Shown piece after piece: positions 38,556-47,607 of a stretch of DNA of 64,000 nucleotides. The notes beneath the pieces were generated by a model, which saw only the letters and a list, made by a program, of their open reading frames with translations, was not told where the DNA came from and did no database searches. The position numbers and the translations under genes are program-made. Position 1 is the stretch's first letter. Each line of letters opens with the position of its first letter. The stretch is from Polaromonas sp. GTDB lineage: Bacteria > Pseudomonadota > Gammaproteobacteria > Burkholderiales > Burkholderiaceae_C. The stretch lies in assembly GCA_031386895.1 (NCBI GenBank), contig JANNCT010000041.1:881-64880 (forward strand). The letters run 5' to 3'.

Positions 38556-39827
38556 ATGAAAATCGCCATCATTGGCGCGGGCATCATTGGCATCACTACG
38601 GCTTACGAACTGGCTGTTGACGGGCATGAAGTGACGGTTTTTGAAAGGCGCGGAGCCGCCGCAGAAGAAACCAGTTTTGCCAACGCGGGCGTGGTCGCGC
38701 CAGGCTGGGTGACGCCATGGGCAGCGCCCGGTATGCCGGGCAAAGTGCTGGGTAACCTGATGAGCCGCCACGCTGCCGTCAAGCTCAGCTGGCCGTTGTC
38801 TACAGGCGACTTGGCGTGGATGTGGAAATGGTGGCGCGCCTGCAAGCTTGAGACTTACCTTGCCAACCGTGCACGCCTTCAGCGTTTGGCGTTTTACAGC
38901 CGTGAACGGCTGCACCACATCACGGCTGAATTGCAGCTAGACTACGACCGCGCAGGCGGCTATACCGTGCTGCTGCGCACTGAAAAAGACAGTCGAATGG
39001 TGCAGCCCGGCCTGGTGGTGCTGCGCGATGCAGGCGTGCATTTCAGCGAAATCGATGCCGAGGCGGTGCGCAAAATAGAACCGGCCATCAACCCCGACAC
39101 TGAATTTTTAGGCGGCATCCACCTGCCGCAAGATGAGGTTGCAAATTGCCGCCAATTCGCACTGATGCTAAAAGACGTTGCCCGCGGAATCGGCGTCAAT
39201 TTCGAGTTTAATTCGACTGTGGCGCAATTAAATCGGGCGCAAGCAGCTATTGTTTTAATAGTAAACAGCAACAGCGGCCAGGATGAATCCCGCAGCTTTG
39301 ATGCAGTGGTGGTGTGCGCAGGCCTGGCCTCAAGCGCGCTGCTCAAATCGCTTGGCTTGCGCATTTCGATGGCGGCGGTGTACGGCTACTCCATCAGCGC
39401 GCCGATTCGTGAGCCACTGAACGCGCCGCGCAGCGCGCTGATGGATGAGCGCTACAAAGTCGCCATTTCGCGCCTGGGCAACCGCGTGCGGGTAGCGGGT
39501 GGTGCCGAGTTGGGCGGATCTTTAACCGGGCGGCGCGCATCGTCCATTCAGACACTTTACAAAGTCTTGCACGACTGGTTTCCGGGCGCAGTGCAGCATG
39601 CCAACACCGGAGCCAGCGTGCAGCTGTGGAAAGGCGCCCGCCCGATGCTGCCGGATGGCCCACCCATCATTGGGGCCAGTGGCACGCCGGGCGTGTGGCT
39701 GAACCTCGGGCACGGCTCCAGTGGTTGGGCCCTCAGCTGCGGCAGCGCGCGGGCCCTGGCCGACCAAATTGCCGGGAAAAAGCCCGACATTGACATGAGC
39801 GGACTGGACATTGGACGTTTGCCTTGA
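38556..39827 (+). CDS. dadA: D-amino acid dehydrogenase (FAD-dependent)
   Basis: 423 aa. Begins MKIAIIGAGIIGITTAYELA (Rossmann fold). Collinear with E. coli DadA as I recall it (PGWVTPWAAPG, LNLGHGSSGW). It contains repeat copy J in frame. Confidence 0.88.
   Translation: MKIAIIGAGIIGITTAYELAVDGHEVTVFERRGAAAEETSFANAGVVAPGWVTPWAAPGMPGKVLGNLMSRHAAVKLSWPLSTGDLAWMWKWWRACKLETYLANRARLQRLAFYSRERLHHITAELQLDYDRAGGYTVLLRTEKDSRMVQPGLVVLRDAGVHFSEIDAEAVRKIEPAINPDTEFLGGIHLPQDEVANCRQFALMLKDVARGIGVNFEFNSTVAQLNRAQAAIVLIVNSNSGQDESRSFDAVVVCAGLASSALLKSLGLRISMAAVYGYSISAPIREPLNAPRSALMDERYKVAISRLGNRVRVAGGAELGGSLTGRRASSIQTLYKVLHDWFPGAVQHANTGASVQLWKGARPMLPDGPPIIGASGTPGVWLNLGHGSSGWALSCGSARALADQIAGKKPDIDMSGLDIGRLP
39215..39261 (-). 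repeat. 47-bp dispersed repeat, copy J (reverse orientation), in frame in dadA
   Basis: The reverse complement is ctattaaaacaat AGCTGCTTGCGCCCGATT taattgcgccacagtc. Read in dadA as VAQLNRAQAAIVLIV. Confidence 0.85.
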
Positions 39828-39869
39828 TGCCTGCACGCCAACGTCGTCCGGGCGCGGTACAGTGCCTTT

Positions 39870-39899
39870 GCGCTACACGTCGTAGCGCAGCAACTTTTT
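39870..39899 (+). terminator. Hairpin GCGCTAC-acgtc-GTAGCGC followed by a T-rich tail, after dadA
   Basis: Read directly from the sequence. The tail agcaacttttt makes it only moderately terminator-like. Confidence 0.45.
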
Positions 39900-39912
39900 G
39901 ATTGGAGCCACC

Positions 39913-40416
39913 ATGGGCATGTTCAGTTTTATCAAAGAAGCAGGCGAGAAATTGTTCGGTACGGGCGAAGCCAAGGCAGCGCAAGCCGCTGTAGCCGCGG
40001 CACCCACCCCAGAAAACATTGCCGCCATGAGCCAGGCCGCAGGTGATGCCATTGCCACATACGTTCGCGCCATGAAGCTCGATGTAGAAGGCCTGGACGT
40101 TGGTTTTGACGCAACGACTGGGGTTGCAACCGTGGCAGGCATTGCGCCCGACCAGGCCACCAAAGAAAAAGTGCTGCTGTGCTGCGGCAATGTGGCCTCA
40201 GTTGCCAGCGTAAACGACATGATGACCGTCTCCTCACCCGAGCCAGAATCGCAAATGCACATTGTTGTGAGCGGCGACAACCTCTCAAAAATCAGCAAGC
40301 ATTACTACGACACGCCCAACAAATACCCGCAGATTTTTGAAGCCAACAAACCCATGTTGACGCACCCTGACAAGATTTACCCGGGGCAGGTACTGCGCAT
40401 TCCGGCAGACGCTTAA
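39913..40416 (+). CDS. BON plus LysM domain protein (Kbp/YgaU-like)
   Basis: The preferred start [15 protein letters not shown] at 39913 follows GGAG. It closely parallels E. coli YgaU/Kbp (MGLFNFVKDAGEKLW ... [23 protein letters not shown]), recalled from memory. Confidence 0.88.
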   Translation: [167 protein letters not shown]

Positions 40417-40444
40417 ACGCTTTAACTGCATACCATTGGCCGCA

Positions 40445-41980
40445 ATGCAAAAGATCACTTCTGCACACGGCCATGCCCTGTTTAGCGTAGCAGCCACAAG
40501 GCGTATTGAGGACCGCGCGGCGGCTCTCTTGCCGCCCTTTACATTGATGCATCGCGCAGGTTTGTCGGTTGCCCAACTCACCCTCGCGCTGGCCCCGCAC
40601 GCCAAAAACATCTGGATGGCCTGCGGCCCCGGCAACAACGGCGGTGACGGCTTTCAAGCTGCCATGCACCTGCACCAGTGGAGCAAGAAAGTCACCGTGA
40701 CCTGCGTTGAGCCAGGCCCAAAGGGACTACCGCCTGATGCTGCAGCAGCGCGCGAGCACGCCTTGGCTGCTGGAGTCGCCTTTACGGCCCAGCCGCCTGA
40801 AGATTTTGATTTTTGCGTTGACGCGCTGCTAGGCCTGGGCGGCTCAAGCGCACTGCGCGGCAGTCGGCCAGGAACGCGGTTGATGCTCGACTGGCTTGAC
40901 GCAATGCGCACCAGCGCTGCGCCATGCCTTGCGGTCGACGTGCCCACTGGACTTGACTGCGATACAGGCGTTATTTACAGTGCCTCAAACGCTATTTATT
41001 CAGGAGCTGCTAGCGCCCAGATTTATTCGCCCAAAGCCCTTTTTACCTTGAGCTTATTGACATTGAAACCCGGTTTGTTCACAGCCCACGGACGTGATGC
41101 AGCAGGCCAGGTGTGGTTTGACGCCCTGGGGGTCAGCCCCGAAGTTGAGCCACTCACTGCGCACCTGCTCGGCGCAGATGCCGTTGCACCATTTGGTCGC
41201 AGATTGGCGCGACACGACAGCCACAAAGGCGTGTTTGGCGACGTTGCGGTGGTTGGCGGCCAGTCGACGGACACGAGCCACATGGTTGGCGCTGCGCTGC
41301 TGGCTGCACGGGCGGCACTGCATGCGGGCGCTGGCCGCGTGTTTGTGGCGCTACTGGGTAATGGCGGCCCAGGCTTCGACGTTATGCAGCCGGAGCTGAT
41401 GTTTCGCAGCTTTGACGCCCTGGATCTGGAAAATTGCACCGTGGTGTGCGGCTGCGGCGGCGGCAATGCCGTTCAAGCTGTACTGCCAAAGGTTTTATCT
41501 GCCGCGCCAAAGCTGGTGCTGGACGCAGATGCCTTGAACGCAATCGCCACTGATGCTGCGTTGGTGCAACTCTTGAAAGCCAGAAGCGGCCAAGGGTACA
41601 GCACCGTACTGACACCCCATCCGCTCGAAGCAGCCCGCTTGCTGGGAACGACCGCTGCGCAGGTGCAATCAGACAGGCTTGAAGCTGCGCAGCGGCTCTC
41701 CTCGATCTTCAGCGCTGTGGTGGTACTTAAAGGTTCGGGCACCGTTATCGCGATGCCTGAACACGCGAGCCGCATCAACTACAGCGGCAATGCAACGCTT
41801 TCCACCGCTGGCACTGGCGATGTATTGGCAGGCATGGTGGGGGCCGGTTTGGCAGCTGGATCAGCAGCGTTTGAAGCGGCCTGCGCCGCCGTATTCAGGC
41901 ACGGAGAAGTAGCAGACAAGTGGTCGGCGCAGCAAAACGGCCTGCGTTTGACCGCTTCTGGCCTGGCTGCTGCGATCTGA
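40445..41980 (+). CDS. nnr: Bifunctional NAD(P)H-hydrate repair enzyme (epimerase / ADP-dependent dehydratase)
   Basis: The ORF opens at the TTG at 40436, and the first ATG is at 40445. YjeF_N motif CGPGNNGGDG and a C-terminal kinase-like domain (GTGDVLAG). It contains repeat copy K in frame. Confidence 0.88.
   Translation: MQKITSAHGHALFSVAATRRIEDRAAALLPPFTLMHRAGLSVAQLTLALAPHAKNIWMACGPGNNGGDGFQAAMHLHQWSKKVTVTCVEPGPKGLPPDAAAAREHALAAGVAFTAQPPEDFDFCVDALLGLGGSSALRGSRPGTRLMLDWLDAMRTSAAPCLAVDVPTGLDCDTGVIYSASNAIYSGAASAQIYSPKALFTLSLLTLKPGLFTAHGRDAAGQVWFDALGVSPEVEPLTAHLLGADAVAPFGRRLARHDSHKGVFGDVAVVGGQSTDTSHMVGAALLAARAALHAGAGRVFVALLGNGGPGFDVMQPELMFRSFDALDLENCTVVCGCGGGNAVQAVLPKVLSAAPKLVLDADALNAIATDAALVQLLKARSGQGYSTVLTPHPLEAARLLGTTAAQVQSDRLEAAQRLSSIFSAVVVLKGSGTVIAMPEHASRINYSGNATLSTAGTGDVLAGMVGAGLAAGSAAFEAACAAVFRHGEVADKWSAQQNGLRLTASGLAAAI
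40992..41038 (+). repeat. 47-bp dispersed repeat, copy K (diverged), in frame in nnr, read in the sense frame of the element
   Basis: ctatttattcagg AGCTGCTAGCGCCCAGAT ttattcgcccaaagcc. Read as AIYSGAASAQIYSPKA. Confidence 0.7.
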
Positions 41981-41983
41981 AAA

Positions 41984-42550
41984 TCAGACCAGTACCATCA
42001 ATCCAATCTGCAGAGCAATGATCAGTGCAATAGCAGACAAATCCACACCACCCACCGACGGGATAATGCGCCGCAACGGGCTGAGTAGCGGCTCGGTCAG
42101 CCGACCCAGCAGCGCGTAAGCCGACGACCCGGGCTGAACCCAGGACAAAATCGCAAACGCGATGACCAGAATGATGGTGGCCTGCAGCGCGACGCGAAGC
42201 AGCATTTTGAAGGCAAACAGCAACACCGACGCCAACACCAGCGGGTCAAGTGCCGCCAAGCCGATGCCGCTGAGAAGTACGGTGAAAAGCAAAAGCCAGA
42301 TCACGCCGTAGCCTAGTGCCAGCAGCGCCGCAGCCAGCAGACTGGCCCAGTCAACTTTGGATTGCATCAGTGGTTTGGGCAGCACGAGGCGCAGCGGCTT
42401 GACGCACCAGTCCGTCACCGCCATCACAAAAACGCCAGGCTGCCCGTGCATGCTGACGCGTGTCCAGTTCATCCAGGCGCGCAGCAGCGCTGACGCAATC
42501 AGCACGAAAAAAATACTCTCGAGCAGGAACGAAAGAATGCGAATCAACAT
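41984..42550 (-). CDS. yggT: YggT-family membrane protein
   Basis: 188 aa with two YGGT-like hydrophobic repeats (LLRAWMNW...PLRLVLP and LLSPLRRIIPSVGGVDLS). Confidence 0.8.
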   Translation of the reverse strand: MLIRILSFLLESIFFVLIASALLRAWMNWTRVSMHGQPGVFVMAVTDWCVKPLRLVLPKPLMQSKVDWASLLAAALLALGYGVIWLLLFTVLLSGIGLAALDPLVLASVLLFAFKMLLRVALQATIILVIAFAILSWVQPGSSAYALLGRLTEPLLSPLRRIIPSVGGVDLSAIALIIALQIGLMVLV

Positions 42551-42574
42551 GTTTTTAGAACTTAAAGAAGGTCA

Positions 42575-45013
42575 TCAACGACGCGGTTTTTTGCCTTGCT
42601 TGCGCCCGGCTTTTGAGGCGGTTTTGCCTGCTGCTTTTTTAATCGATGCTTTAAGCGCCTGCACTGGCGAAGGCAGCAACCCGCCAGAGCCCCGCTCCGT
42701 GCGGCTCGACGAAGACGCGCCAGATGCTCCGGACGCCCGCGAGCCCCGCGCCGGCCCGGACGCGCCAGCAGTAGCCCGCCGGTTTCCTTTGCCGTCACGC
42801 GTCACACCGCGCTCTTGCGCAGGCAGCTCCCCAGCATGGCCACCAGTTTTGTCTTTCATGGCGCGGTTCGTCAACGCCAGTAGCGCCTCGCCTTCGTTGA
42901 TCAGCCTGAAATCAATTTTGCGGCCATCCAGATCAACCCGGCTGACCTGCACCCGCACCCGCGTACCAATGGCGTAGCGAATGCCCGTGCGCTCGCCGCG
43001 CAGTTCTTGCTTGGCCTCGTCAAAGCGAAAGTACTCGCCGCCCAGCTCAGTAATGTGCACCAAGCCTTCAACGTACATGGCATCCAGCGTCACAAAAATA
43101 CCAAAGGTAGTTGCCGCCGACACCACGCCGCCAAACTCTTCGCCCAAATGCTCGCGCATATATTTGCATTTGAGCCAGGCTTCCACGTCGCGGCTGGCCT
43201 CATCGGCGCGGCGCTCGTTGGCGCTGCAATGCAGGCCAGCAGCTTGCCAGGCCAGCTCGTCTACGCTGGTTTTTTTCGGCTTTTGTTCTGGGTCCCTGAC
43301 GCTTGCGTCAGTTCGTAATTTATCTCTTGAAGCCAGCCGTTTTGACAGCTTTGCTTCAGCTTCCCCCGGCGTTGGCAGGCTCGGCAACTGGTATTTGGCT
43401 TTGTTCAGCACCGCTTTAATCACGCGGTGCACCAGCAAGTCCGGGTAGCGGCGGATTGGGCTGGTGAAGTGCGTGTAGGCCTCGTATGCCAAGCCGAAGT
43501 GGCCGCTGTTCATGGGTGTGTAAATCGCCTGCTGCATCGAGCGCAGCAGCATGGTGTGAATTTGCTGCGCATCGGGCCGGTCTTTGGTGGCCTGCGCGAT
43601 TTGCTGAAACTCACCCGGCGCTGGGTCGTCGCTGATGGTCATGCCGATGCCTGCGGCCTTGAGGTAATTGCGCAGCATGTCCTTTTTCTCGGGCGTGGGG
43701 CCTTCGTGCACGCGGAACAAACCCACGTGTTTGCTGCTGGCAATAAAGTCCGCCGAGCACACGTTGGCTGCCAGCATGGCTTCTTCAATCAAACGGTGCG
43801 CCACGTTGCGGGTACGGGGAATGATTTTTTCTATCCGGCCCGCTTCATCGCAAACGATTTGGGTTTCGGTGGTTTCAAAGTCCACAGCGCCGCGAACGCC
43901 GCGCTCTTTGAGCAGCGCCTGATATACGTCGTGCAGCTCAAGCAAATGCGGTACCAAGGTCTTACGCTGCGTTGCTTCAGGCCCGCGTGTGTTGGCCAAA
44001 ATAGCTGCAACTTCGGTATAAGTAAACCGCGCTTTGCTGAACATGACCGCTGGGTAAAACTGGTAAGCATGCACGTCACCTTTGGCGGTGACAAGCATGT
44101 CGCATACCATGCACAGTCGCTCAACATTAGGATTGAGCGAGCACAAACCGTTCGACAGCTTTTCAGGCAGCATCGGGATCACCCGACGCGGAAAATACAC
44201 GCTGGTGGCACGGTCATAGGCGTCAATGTCAATGGCGCTGCCGGTTTCAACATAGTGGCTTACGTCAGCAATGGCAACCAACAAGCGCCAGCCTTTTCCG
44301 CGTCCTACTTTGGCAGGCTCGCAATATACGGCGTCGTCAAAATCGCGCGCGTCTTCGCCGTCGATGGTGACCAGAGCGATGTCGGTCAAATCCACCCGAT
44401 TCTTCTTGTCCGCTGGGCGAACCGCATCAGGCAGGGTACGGCTTAAGGCCATTGCTTCGTCTGAAAACTCATGCGGCACGCCATATTTGCGCACCGCGAT
44501 TTCAATTTCCATACCGGGGTCGTCAATCTCGCCGAGCACTTCTTTTACGCGGCCCACCGGCTGGCCGAACAGCGCTGGCGGCTCGGTGAGTTGCACCACC
44601 ACAATCTGGCCGGTTTTGGCCGACCCCGTGGCGCCTTTTGGAATCAATACATCCTGACCGTAGCGCTTGTCTTCTGGCGCAACCAGCCAGACGCCGCTTT
44701 CTTGCAGCAACCTGCCGATGATCGGGTTGGGGGATCGCTCGATAATTTCAGTAACACGCCCTTCCGGCCTGTTTTTACGGTCATGGCGCACGATACGGGC
44801 CTTGACGCGGTCTTTATGAAGTACAGCGCGCATCTCATTGGGCGGCAGGTAAATGTCAGACTCGCCGTCGTCTCGCTGCACAAATCCGTGGCCGTCGCGG
44901 TGGCCAGAAACTGTTCCCTCGAACTCTGCGAGTAGCCCAGAACCTGGAGCGGTTGCGTTTGAATGTGGTGTTTTGATAAAAGTCTCTTTAATCGAGGGTT
45001 TGAACAATGCCAA
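42575..45013 (-). CDS. rnr: Ribonuclease R
   Basis: 812 aa. RNB domain (TIDGEDARDFDDAVY, SVYFPRRVIPMLPE, HFGLAYEAYTHFTSPIRRYPDL), an S1 domain and a Lys/Arg-rich tail. The ORF opens with TTG and there is no in-frame ATG near the 5' end. Confidence 0.92.
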   Translation of the reverse strand: MALFKPSIKETFIKTPHSNATAPGSGLLAEFEGTVSGHRDGHGFVQRDDGESDIYLPPNEMRAVLHKDRVKARIVRHDRKNRPEGRVTEIIERSPNPIIGRLLQESGVWLVAPEDKRYGQDVLIPKGATGSAKTGQIVVVQLTEPPALFGQPVGRVKEVLGEIDDPGMEIEIAVRKYGVPHEFSDEAMALSRTLPDAVRPADKKNRVDLTDIALVTIDGEDARDFDDAVYCEPAKVGRGKGWRLLVAIADVSHYVETGSAIDIDAYDRATSVYFPRRVIPMLPEKLSNGLCSLNPNVERLCMVCDMLVTAKGDVHAYQFYPAVMFSKARFTYTEVAAILANTRGPEATQRKTLVPHLLELHDVYQALLKERGVRGAVDFETTETQIVCDEAGRIEKIIPRTRNVAHRLIEEAMLAANVCSADFIASSKHVGLFRVHEGPTPEKKDMLRNYLKAAGIGMTISDDPAPGEFQQIAQATKDRPDAQQIHTMLLRSMQQAIYTPMNSGHFGLAYEAYTHFTSPIRRYPDLLVHRVIKAVLNKAKYQLPSLPTPGEAEAKLSKRLASRDKLRTDASVRDPEQKPKKTSVDELAWQAAGLHCSANERRADEASRDVEAWLKCKYMREHLGEEFGGVVSAATTFGIFVTLDAMYVEGLVHITELGGEYFRFDEAKQELRGERTGIRYAIGTRVRVQVSRVDLDGRKIDFRLINEGEALLALTNRAMKDKTGGHAGELPAQERGVTRDGKGNRRATAGASGPARGSRASGASGASSSSRTERGSGGLLPSPVQALKASIKKAAGKTASKAGRKQGKKPRR

Positions 45014-45102
45014 ATCGTGGGCTTAGCCTCTTAAGTATGCTGTGAAAATGTTTCAGCGTTTGGCCAAGCGCAGCACGTTGGCAATGGTACACTTGAAGGC
45101 TT

Positions 45103-45187
45103 GCCCGGGTGGCGGAATTGGTAGACGCGCACGGTTCAGGTCCGTGTATCGCAAGATGTGGAGATTCGAGTTCTCTCCCGGGCACCA
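45103..45187 (+). tRNA. tRNA-Leu (anticodon CAG)
   Basis: Folded by hand. Acceptor GCCCGGG/CCCGGGC plus ACCA, anticodon stem CACGG/CCGTG with loop TTCAGGT, a long variable arm, and T-arm GGAGA-TTCGAGT-TCTCC. Confidence 0.95.
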
Positions 45188-45226
45188 TAAAGTTGTTTGA
45201 AGGCTATCAATCTTCAAAGCCGTCAC

Positions 45227-45264
45227 AAAAAGCCGCTGAAATATTGATGTTCAGCGGCTTTTTT
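45227..45264. terminator. Bidirectional rho-independent terminator (tRNA-Leu / rimO convergent)
   Basis: AAAA-AGCCGCTGAA-atattgatg-TTCAGCGGCT-TTTTT. Confidence 0.8.
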
Positions 45265-45285
45265 GTTGCCCCACTCAAATCAAAC

Positions 45286-46695
45286 TTAAAACGGTACAGC
45301 CACCAGGTCATGGCCTTGCGTTCCAACTATGCGGGCCTTGGTGAATTCGCCCACTTTCAGCGTTTTGCTGATTTTCTCTAGTGGCATCAGCTTGACTACG
45401 CCATCAATCTCAGGCGCATCTGCATAAGAACGCCCAACGCCGCCCTTGCGCCCCAAGGCTGGCGCTGAATCGACCAGGACCTGCATCGTTGCGCCTATGC
45501 GCTGGCGCAGCTTTTCGTTTGACACGCTTTCAGCCGCAGCCATGAACCGCGCACGGCGTTCTTCGCGCAGCTCAATCGGCAACATGCCTGGAATATCATT
45601 GGCAGTTGCTCCCGCCACTGCGCTGTAAGCAAAGCAACCGGCGCGGTCAATTTTGGCTTCGTGAATAAAGTCGAGCAAATGCTGAAATTCAGCTTCGGTT
45701 TCACCCGGGAAGCCTGCAATAAACGTGCTGCGGATCACGATTTCAGGGCATATCTCTCGCCAGCGCGCAAGCCGCTCCAGGTTTTTTTCTCCACTTGCCG
45801 GGCGCTTCATTCTTTTAAGCACATCCGGGTGGCTGTGCTGCAACGGCACATCCAGATACGGCAACACTTTGCCGGTGGCCATCAGCGGCAAAATATCGTC
45901 CACGCTTGGGTATGGGTAAACGTAATGCAAGCGCACCCAGGCGCCGTAGGGCTCAGCTATTTCGCCCAGTGCCTGCACCAGTTCCAGCATGCGGGTTTTG
46001 ATGGGTTTGCCATCAAAAAAACCGGTGCGGTACTTCACATCAACACCGTAGGCGGACGTGTCCTGGCTGATTACCAGCAATTCTTTGACGCCGCCTTCAA
46101 ACAACGCGCGCGCTTCAACCAGCACATCGCCAATCGGCCGCGACACCAAATCGCCGCGCATCGACGGGATGATGCAGAACGTGCACCGGTGGTTGCAGCC
46201 TTCGCTGATTTTTAAATAGGCGTAATGGCGCGGCGTGAGCTTGATACCGGCTACGCCAAAAGAGTTCGGGACTAAATCAACAAACGGGTCATGCGGTTTG
46301 GGCAGGTTCAAATGCACAGCGTCCATTACTTCTTGCGTAGCGTGTGGGCCCGTCACTGCCAGCACACTCGGGTGCATTTGCCGCACCATATTCCCGCCGC
46401 CCTCGCCTTCTTTTGCGCCCAGGCAACCAGTAACGATCACCTTGCCGTTGGCTGCGAGCGCCTCGCCAATGGTGTCCAGGCTTTCTTTAACGGCATCGTC
46501 AATAAAACCGCAGGTGTTGACGATGACGAGGTCAGCGCCCTCAAAAGTTTTGGACGTTGCATAACCTTCGGCGCTGAGCTGGGTCAGGATTAATTCAGAA
46601 TCGGTCAGCGCTTTGGGGCAACCCAAGCTGACAAAGCCAATGCGTGGTGCAGGTTTGCTGGAAATGGGTGCTGGTGGGGTAATAACTTCGCTCAT
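45286..46695 (-). CDS. rimO: Ribosomal protein S12 methylthiotransferase RimO
   Basis: 469 aa. UPF0004 N-domain cysteines (LGCPKAL, NTCGFI), radical SAM motif CNHRCTFC and a TRAM C-terminus. Confidence 0.92.
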   Translation of the reverse strand: MSEVITPPAPISSKPAPRIGFVSLGCPKALTDSELILTQLSAEGYATSKTFEGADLVIVNTCGFIDDAVKESLDTIGEALAANGKVIVTGCLGAKEGEGGGNMVRQMHPSVLAVTGPHATQEVMDAVHLNLPKPHDPFVDLVPNSFGVAGIKLTPRHYAYLKISEGCNHRCTFCIIPSMRGDLVSRPIGDVLVEARALFEGGVKELLVISQDTSAYGVDVKYRTGFFDGKPIKTRMLELVQALGEIAEPYGAWVRLHYVYPYPSVDDILPLMATGKVLPYLDVPLQHSHPDVLKRMKRPASGEKNLERLARWREICPEIVIRSTFIAGFPGETEAEFQHLLDFIHEAKIDRAGCFAYSAVAGATANDIPGMLPIELREERRARFMAAAESVSNEKLRQRIGATMQVLVDSAPALGRKGGVGRSYADAPEIDGVVKLMPLEKISKTLKVGEFTKARIVGTQGHDLVAVPF

Positions 46696-46737
46696 ACGCT
46701 CTATTGTCTCAGAGCGTCGAAAAATGTACGCGCAGGC

Positions 46738-47295
46738 TTACTTTTTCAAACCAAAGGCGGACAACATCTGCTCGCTTTGCTTTTGCATCTGTTCCTGCAT
46801 TTGCGTAAATACGTCTTTGGACTGTTCAACGTAGTTCCCCAGCATGCCCTTCATCATGGGTGACTGCCCATTCATCAATTGCGCCCACTTTTCAGGAGAC
46901 AAGCCTTTGGATTGTTCAGCCATTTTGGCTTGCAAATCCATGAAAGCTTGCACGTTTTTCTCAAGGTAGGCGCCCATGAAGCTCTGCATGGCGTTGCCAT
47001 AAAACCGGATGATGTTGCCCAGCACCGGCTCACTAAACATGGGTGCGCCGCCAGATTCTTCTTCCAGAATGATCTGAAGGAGGATGCTGCGCGTCAAATC
47101 TTCGCTGGTTTTCGCATCCAGCACTGCAAACGGTGTGCTGCCCATGACCAATGCGCGTACGTCACTGAGGGTGATGTAGCTAGAGGTTTGCGTGTCGTAC
47201 AACCTGCGATTCGGATACTTTTTAATGACTCGACCGCTTACTTCTGGCGATGATGCTTTGGCGGCAGTGGCGTTCGTTGCTTTGATTTTTGACAC
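46738..47295 (-). CDS. phaR: Polyhydroxyalkanoate synthesis repressor PhaR
   Basis: Contains VIKKYPNRRLYDTQTSSYITLSDV, the hallmark PhaR N-terminus. The ORF track opens at the TTG at 47352. I prefer the GTG at 47295, with AGGAA 7 nt upstream. Confidence 0.85.
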   Translation of the reverse strand: MSKIKATNATAAKASSPEVSGRVIKKYPNRRLYDTQTSSYITLSDVRALVMGSTPFAVLDAKTSEDLTRSILLQIILEEESGGAPMFSEPVLGNIIRFYGNAMQSFMGAYLEKNVQAFMDLQAKMAEQSKGLSPEKWAQLMNGQSPMMKGMLGNYVEQSKDVFTQMQEQMQKQSEQMLSAFGLKK

Positions 47296-47323
47296 TCGAA
47301 AATTCCTGAAAATTCCTGACACT
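47291..47323. repeat. GACACT-c-(GAAAATTCCT)x2-GACACT nested direct repeats at the phaR 5' end
   Basis: Read directly from the sequence. The minus strand gives two tandem AGGAATTTTC units just upstream of the preferred GTG. Confidence 0.7.
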
Positions 47324-47475
47324 GACCTCTGCGGACAGCGCGAGGGTCTCAAGGCATTCTAGGAAATTTCAGCAGGAGGGGTGTTTTGCAAACCCTGATG
47401 CGAAGCAGCTCCCAGCAAAATGAGTGCTGAAAGCCAAACGCGTGAAGCGGGAAGTATAAGGGAAACCAGAAAATC

Positions 47476-47552
47476 TGGTAGGCGCAATTGGACTCGAACC
47501 AACGACCCCCACCATGTCAAGGTGGTGCTCTAACCAGCTGAGCTATGCGCCT
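47476..47552 (-). tRNA. tRNA-Val (anticodon GAC)
   Basis: The reverse complement is AGGCGCATAGCTCAGCTGGTTAGAGCACCACCTTGACATGGTGGGGGTCGTTGGTTCGAGTCCAATTGCGCCTACCA. The cloverleaf folds by hand. Confidence 0.95.
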
Positions 47553-47607
47553 AAAGTCGAAGCGAAAGTATAGCAGACGAGTTTGACGTTGCCAGCCAAG
47601 CGCAAAG

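Noticed and set aside
42581-42627. An 11-nt match to the repeat core (GCTTGCGCCCG) in the Lys/Arg-rich tail of rnr.
   Set aside because: There is no CTAy / AT-rich left arm and no TTGsGCTACAG right arm, and it is read in a different frame. It is possibly a relic but is not supportable as a copy.
45103-47552. tRNA-Leu and tRNA-Val considered as possible genomic-island integration sites.
   Set aside because: The flanking genes (rnr, rimO, phaR, relA) are core genes. No integrase, direct repeat of a tRNA 3' end, or foreign-looking cargo is visible.
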